A stretch of 64,000 nucleotides of DNA, from contig CAWDST010000024.1 of assembly GCA_963804965.1 (NCBI GenBank), positions 836 to 64,835 on the forward strand, in the 5' to 3' direction. The notes under the pieces were generated by a model. The model was not told the DNA's origin and ran no database searches. It saw nothing but the letters and a program-made list of their open reading frames with translations. This DNA is from an uncultured delta proteobacterium (GTDB taxonomy: Bacteria > Desulfobacterota > Desulfobulbia > Desulfobulbales > Desulfocapsaceae). A program made the position numbers and the translations under genes. Below, piece after piece: positions 61,247-64,000 of this stretch; the stretch's first letter is position 1; each line of letters starts with the position of its first letter.

Positions 61247-63091
61247 CTATAAACCAATGCAGGAAAAGACCTGTTTGGGCCATGGGACAGCACTATTGAA
61301 GCGTGGCAGACAGGGTGAATTCCGAGCAATTTTTTTTTCCATGGACAGGGCAATAATGCCGGAAATGGAAGCACTTGCCAGAGAGGTACCGTCGATAAAA
61401 TTATAACTGTTGCCAGGTGTCGTCACGAAAAGATGTGTTGCCGGGGCCACAGCATCCGCCATGGATGCCAGTTGCTTGTTGGGCAGTGGATTGCCCAGCT
61501 CATCCAGACCCGCCACGCTGATCACCTTGTCGTGTGAAGCGGGAAAGGCAATATTCTCTGCCGTTGGGTCATTGCCCACTGGAGCCGCAAAAACAATCCC
61601 TTTCTTATGACCGCTATCAATCATCACACTCAGCAGGGTATCGTTGACATATGCTCCAAGGCTTAAATTGACCACGTCCACTTTGGCTGAGATAGCGGCA
61701 TCAAGTGATCGGACCAGGGACGTCGAGAAACATTCTCCCATGGCTGACATTTTACTTACCTGACGGCAAGCTCGCAGCGCCAACAAAGACACATCCGGAG
61801 CAATACCGACAATGCCGTTTTCATTTTTGTCGGCACCGATGATTCCGGCCACTGCGGTGCCGTGTATCTCCCCCTGGTAGACGCTGCCCGATATGAAGTT
61901 TTGGTATCCGACGATACGGGAGCGCAGATCCTCGTGCTCTACCTCTACACCGGTATCAACAACAGCCACGGCGACATTCTTTCCACTGACCTTGCCGTGC
62001 ACTTCCTGCAAATTGAGCATGGAGGCGAGATTCTGCATGGGACTGAGGGGATCTTGCCGATCCATGGTGGTAAAGACGTAATTGGGCTGTGAATTATATA
62101 CACCGGACTCATTTTTCAGTGCCTCGGCAATCTTTGCCGCGTCCTTGGCTGTTGAAGAAACCACCATGATACGGTTGAGCGATTTCAGGACTGTTTTTTC
62201 ATCAACATCGAGATGGTACTTTTTGGCAACCCGATCGAGGCTGGCAAGACCAGCCTTGTCATTATCAACCAGAAAAACGACCTGGCCAGGCACATGTTGG
62301 CCAGCCTTCTGCTCCTTTGCGTCCTGCGCCTTTTTTTTGCCCGTATATGCCAAGGTACTGTGCTCTCCCTGCCCCGAGCTGATTGAATCCGCATGAACAG
62401 TGTTTTGCGGCATGGTTACGGCGGACCCGTTGCCGGCTTGATCCCCATCAACGGCAATGGACGATTGATTCGCTTCATTTCTATAACCAACGGCAGCGTT
62501 TACAGCATTCTCGCCGGTAGCAGTATTAACGATTTTGCCGCGCACCTGCGCGCCATCCATGACGATTGCCGCCTGCGAGGCCGAATTGCTGTTTCCCACT
62601 GCCATATTGGCACTTTTCTGCAGAGTGGATGTGTTCATCACGGTACCGCGAATCTTGCTGTTTTCTATTCGAACACTTCCCTGGTCGGCTTTATTGTTCG
62701 CACCGAGGGCCATATTACTCGTTGATTTTGTCGCGGCATTATTGACGACAACGCCCTCGACCGTCCCCCGAGAAAGGGAAATTGAACCCTGGCCGGCAAC
62801 GTTTCTCTTTCCGGCAGCGACGTTCACCGTAGTTTTGCTCTGCACGCTGTTGGCAACAGTGCCGCTCATCTTGATATTTTTCAAGGCAACAGAAGATTGC
62901 CCTGCGGTGTTATCGCTGCCTGCTGCAATATTGGCACTCTTTTCAGTATTGGCCTGAGTGTTGATGACGTCGCCCTGAATAACGGATTCTGCAAATACAC
63001 CCAGGGGCGTGGAGAGGTAGAAGAACACGACAACCCACAGTTTTGCTGCTTTGATGACCGGTCCGGCATTGGAGCAGTTTATCATGGGCAT
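61247..63091 (-). CDS. Secreted S8 subtilase with N-terminal Asn/Ser/Gly/Ala-rich repeats
   Basis: Signal peptide ending VFA, five ~36-aa repeats, prodomain-like segment (HVPGQV...QPNY), triad VAVVDTG/HGTAVAG/GTSLA. Confidence 0.88.
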   Translation of the reverse strand: MPMINCSNAGPVIKAAKLWVVVFFYLSTPLGVFAESVIQGDVINTQANTEKSANIAAGSDNTAGQSSVALKNIKMSGTVANSVQSKTTVNVAAGKRNVAGQGSISLSRGTVEGVVVNNAATKSTSNMALGANNKADQGSVRIENSKIRGTVMNTSTLQKSANMAVGNSNSASQAAIVMDGAQVRGKIVNTATGENAVNAAVGYRNEANQSSIAVDGDQAGNGSAVTMPQNTVHADSISSGQGEHSTLAYTGKKKAQDAKEQKAGQHVPGQVVFLVDNDKAGLASLDRVAKKYHLDVDEKTVLKSLNRIMVVSSTAKDAAKIAEALKNESGVYNSQPNYVFTTMDRQDPLSPMQNLASMLNLQEVHGKVSGKNVAVAVVDTGVEVEHEDLRSRIVGYQNFISGSVYQGEIHGTAVAGIIGADKNENGIVGIAPDVSLLALRACRQVSKMSAMGECFSTSLVRSLDAAISAKVDVVNLSLGAYVNDTLLSVMIDSGHKKGIVFAAPVGNDPTAENIAFPASHDKVISVAGLDELGNPLPNKQLASMADAVAPATHLFVTTPGNSYNFIDGTSLASASISGIIALSMEKKIARNSPCLPRFNSAVPWPKQVFSCIGL

Positions 63092-63247
63092 TACCAGGTT
63101 ACTTGTAGCGACGTCCCTGATGGGTCGTTTTCAGCAGTTGGGACGAAAAATGAGAAGAATAAAAATTATTAAACCATACCAGGTCAGCACACTAAAAAAT
63201 TGAATTCTTACAGGCTGCCCCTAATCCCCCACAAGGAGGGATAATTT

Positions 63248-63896
63248 TTAAGGCACTACAGGCTCCGCAAATAAGACAATTACCGATTGTTTTAATATCC
63301 GCACGGCCTGATCAAGGTCGTTCCGGCTGCCGACACTGACTACATAGTGCCCTTCCCTGCTGGGTCCATTACTGATTGATCCCTGGATGGTGTGCAACAG
63401 ACTGCGGATATCGGACTCCGGAGCGTTTGGTCGAAAGACCACGTTTATGCCGATTTTTTCAGCGTTTTCTGCAGCTTTCGTTGCACTCAAGGTTGAAAAT
63501 GTATTTTGCTCTGGAGCAGGGATCACCAAGAGGACAATAACCACGGCCTGGGCAGCGGCAAGCATCCACGGCACAGCTATGGATTGACGAATCTGCTGCC
63601 AGAAAGAGCGTATGGACTCTGCCAGCAAGGCTTGCCTGTACCGGTGCTTTTCTCTCCACCTTTTGTTGGGTACCCACCTCACGGGATATCCGGTTAAAGA
63701 TCGCATCCGGCGGTGCTGGCACGGCAGGGTCGAGCTGGCGATACAGGTTCTGAAATTCTTGAAAATCGTTGTACTCAGCCAGCAGTTCATGATCTTCCTG
63801 GAGACGGCTTTCAAAATCCGCTCGTTCATCTGCATTCAGTCGATTGTTGCAGTAAGCGGGAATCAAATCCGATCGGTCGTTGTCTTTATTTGCCAT
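63248..63896 (-). CDS. Anti-sigma factor (single TM); frameshift near 63630
   Basis: DLIPAYCNNRLNADERADFE N-terminus, TM (AAAQAVVIVLLVI), C-terminal VVFRPNAPESDIRSLL...GPSREG; overlaps the ECF stop. Confidence 0.75.
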
Positions 63897-64000
63897 AATC
63901 TGTGATATTCTGTTTTTCCAGCACGTCTTTGAGTGCCTGTTTTGCATGAAAGACTCGTGTCTTAACGGTATTTTCCGGTATCCCGATCAGTTCTGCGACT
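63886..64000 (-). CDS. ECF sigma factor, C-terminal region 4 (cut by window edge)
   Basis: Manual translation VAELIGIPENTVKTRVFHAKQALKDVLEKQNITDYGK*. Confidence 0.82.
   Translation of the reverse strand, partial: VAELIGIPENTVKTRVFHAKQALKDVLEKQNITDYGK

Overview
Chromosomal window from an anaerobic bacterium, probably Desulfobacterota (inferred from gene content). Left part (1-19 kb) is mostly housekeeping: GspE/PilB ATPase, nfo, M48 peptidase, tRNA(CAT), Nif3, Zn-ribbon protein, RNase P RNA, ispDF, peptidase T-like, purF, diguanylate cyclase, HD protein, YccA, CoA-transferase-GNAT fusion and panE. Next is a sigma54-controlled amine/GABA catabolic cluster (regulator, large NAD-GDH, gabT, AOR, a deleted DsrC/cysteine-desulfurase remnant, puuD). 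It is followed by a cassette-like island, a BirA-regulated biotin ECF operon, a sensor/sigma54 regulator/LIV-type ABC/acyl-CoA ligase cluster and a second cassette-like island. The right part holds a butyrate-type beta-oxidation/ETF/Fe-S oxidoreductase operon with a two-component system, and an ECF sigma/anti-sigma/S8 protease locus. Many genes are split by frameshifts, probably sequencing indels. Most notable: (1) two dispersed islands, with no integrase in the window, that share a ~42-bp attI-like site, GTTRRRY-type cassette starts, truncated attC halves and a second ~45-bp GGGACAC repeat; (2) a secreted subtilase with five FapC/curli-like ~36-aa repeats; (3) a CoA-transferase domain lacking its catalytic Glu fused to a GNAT.
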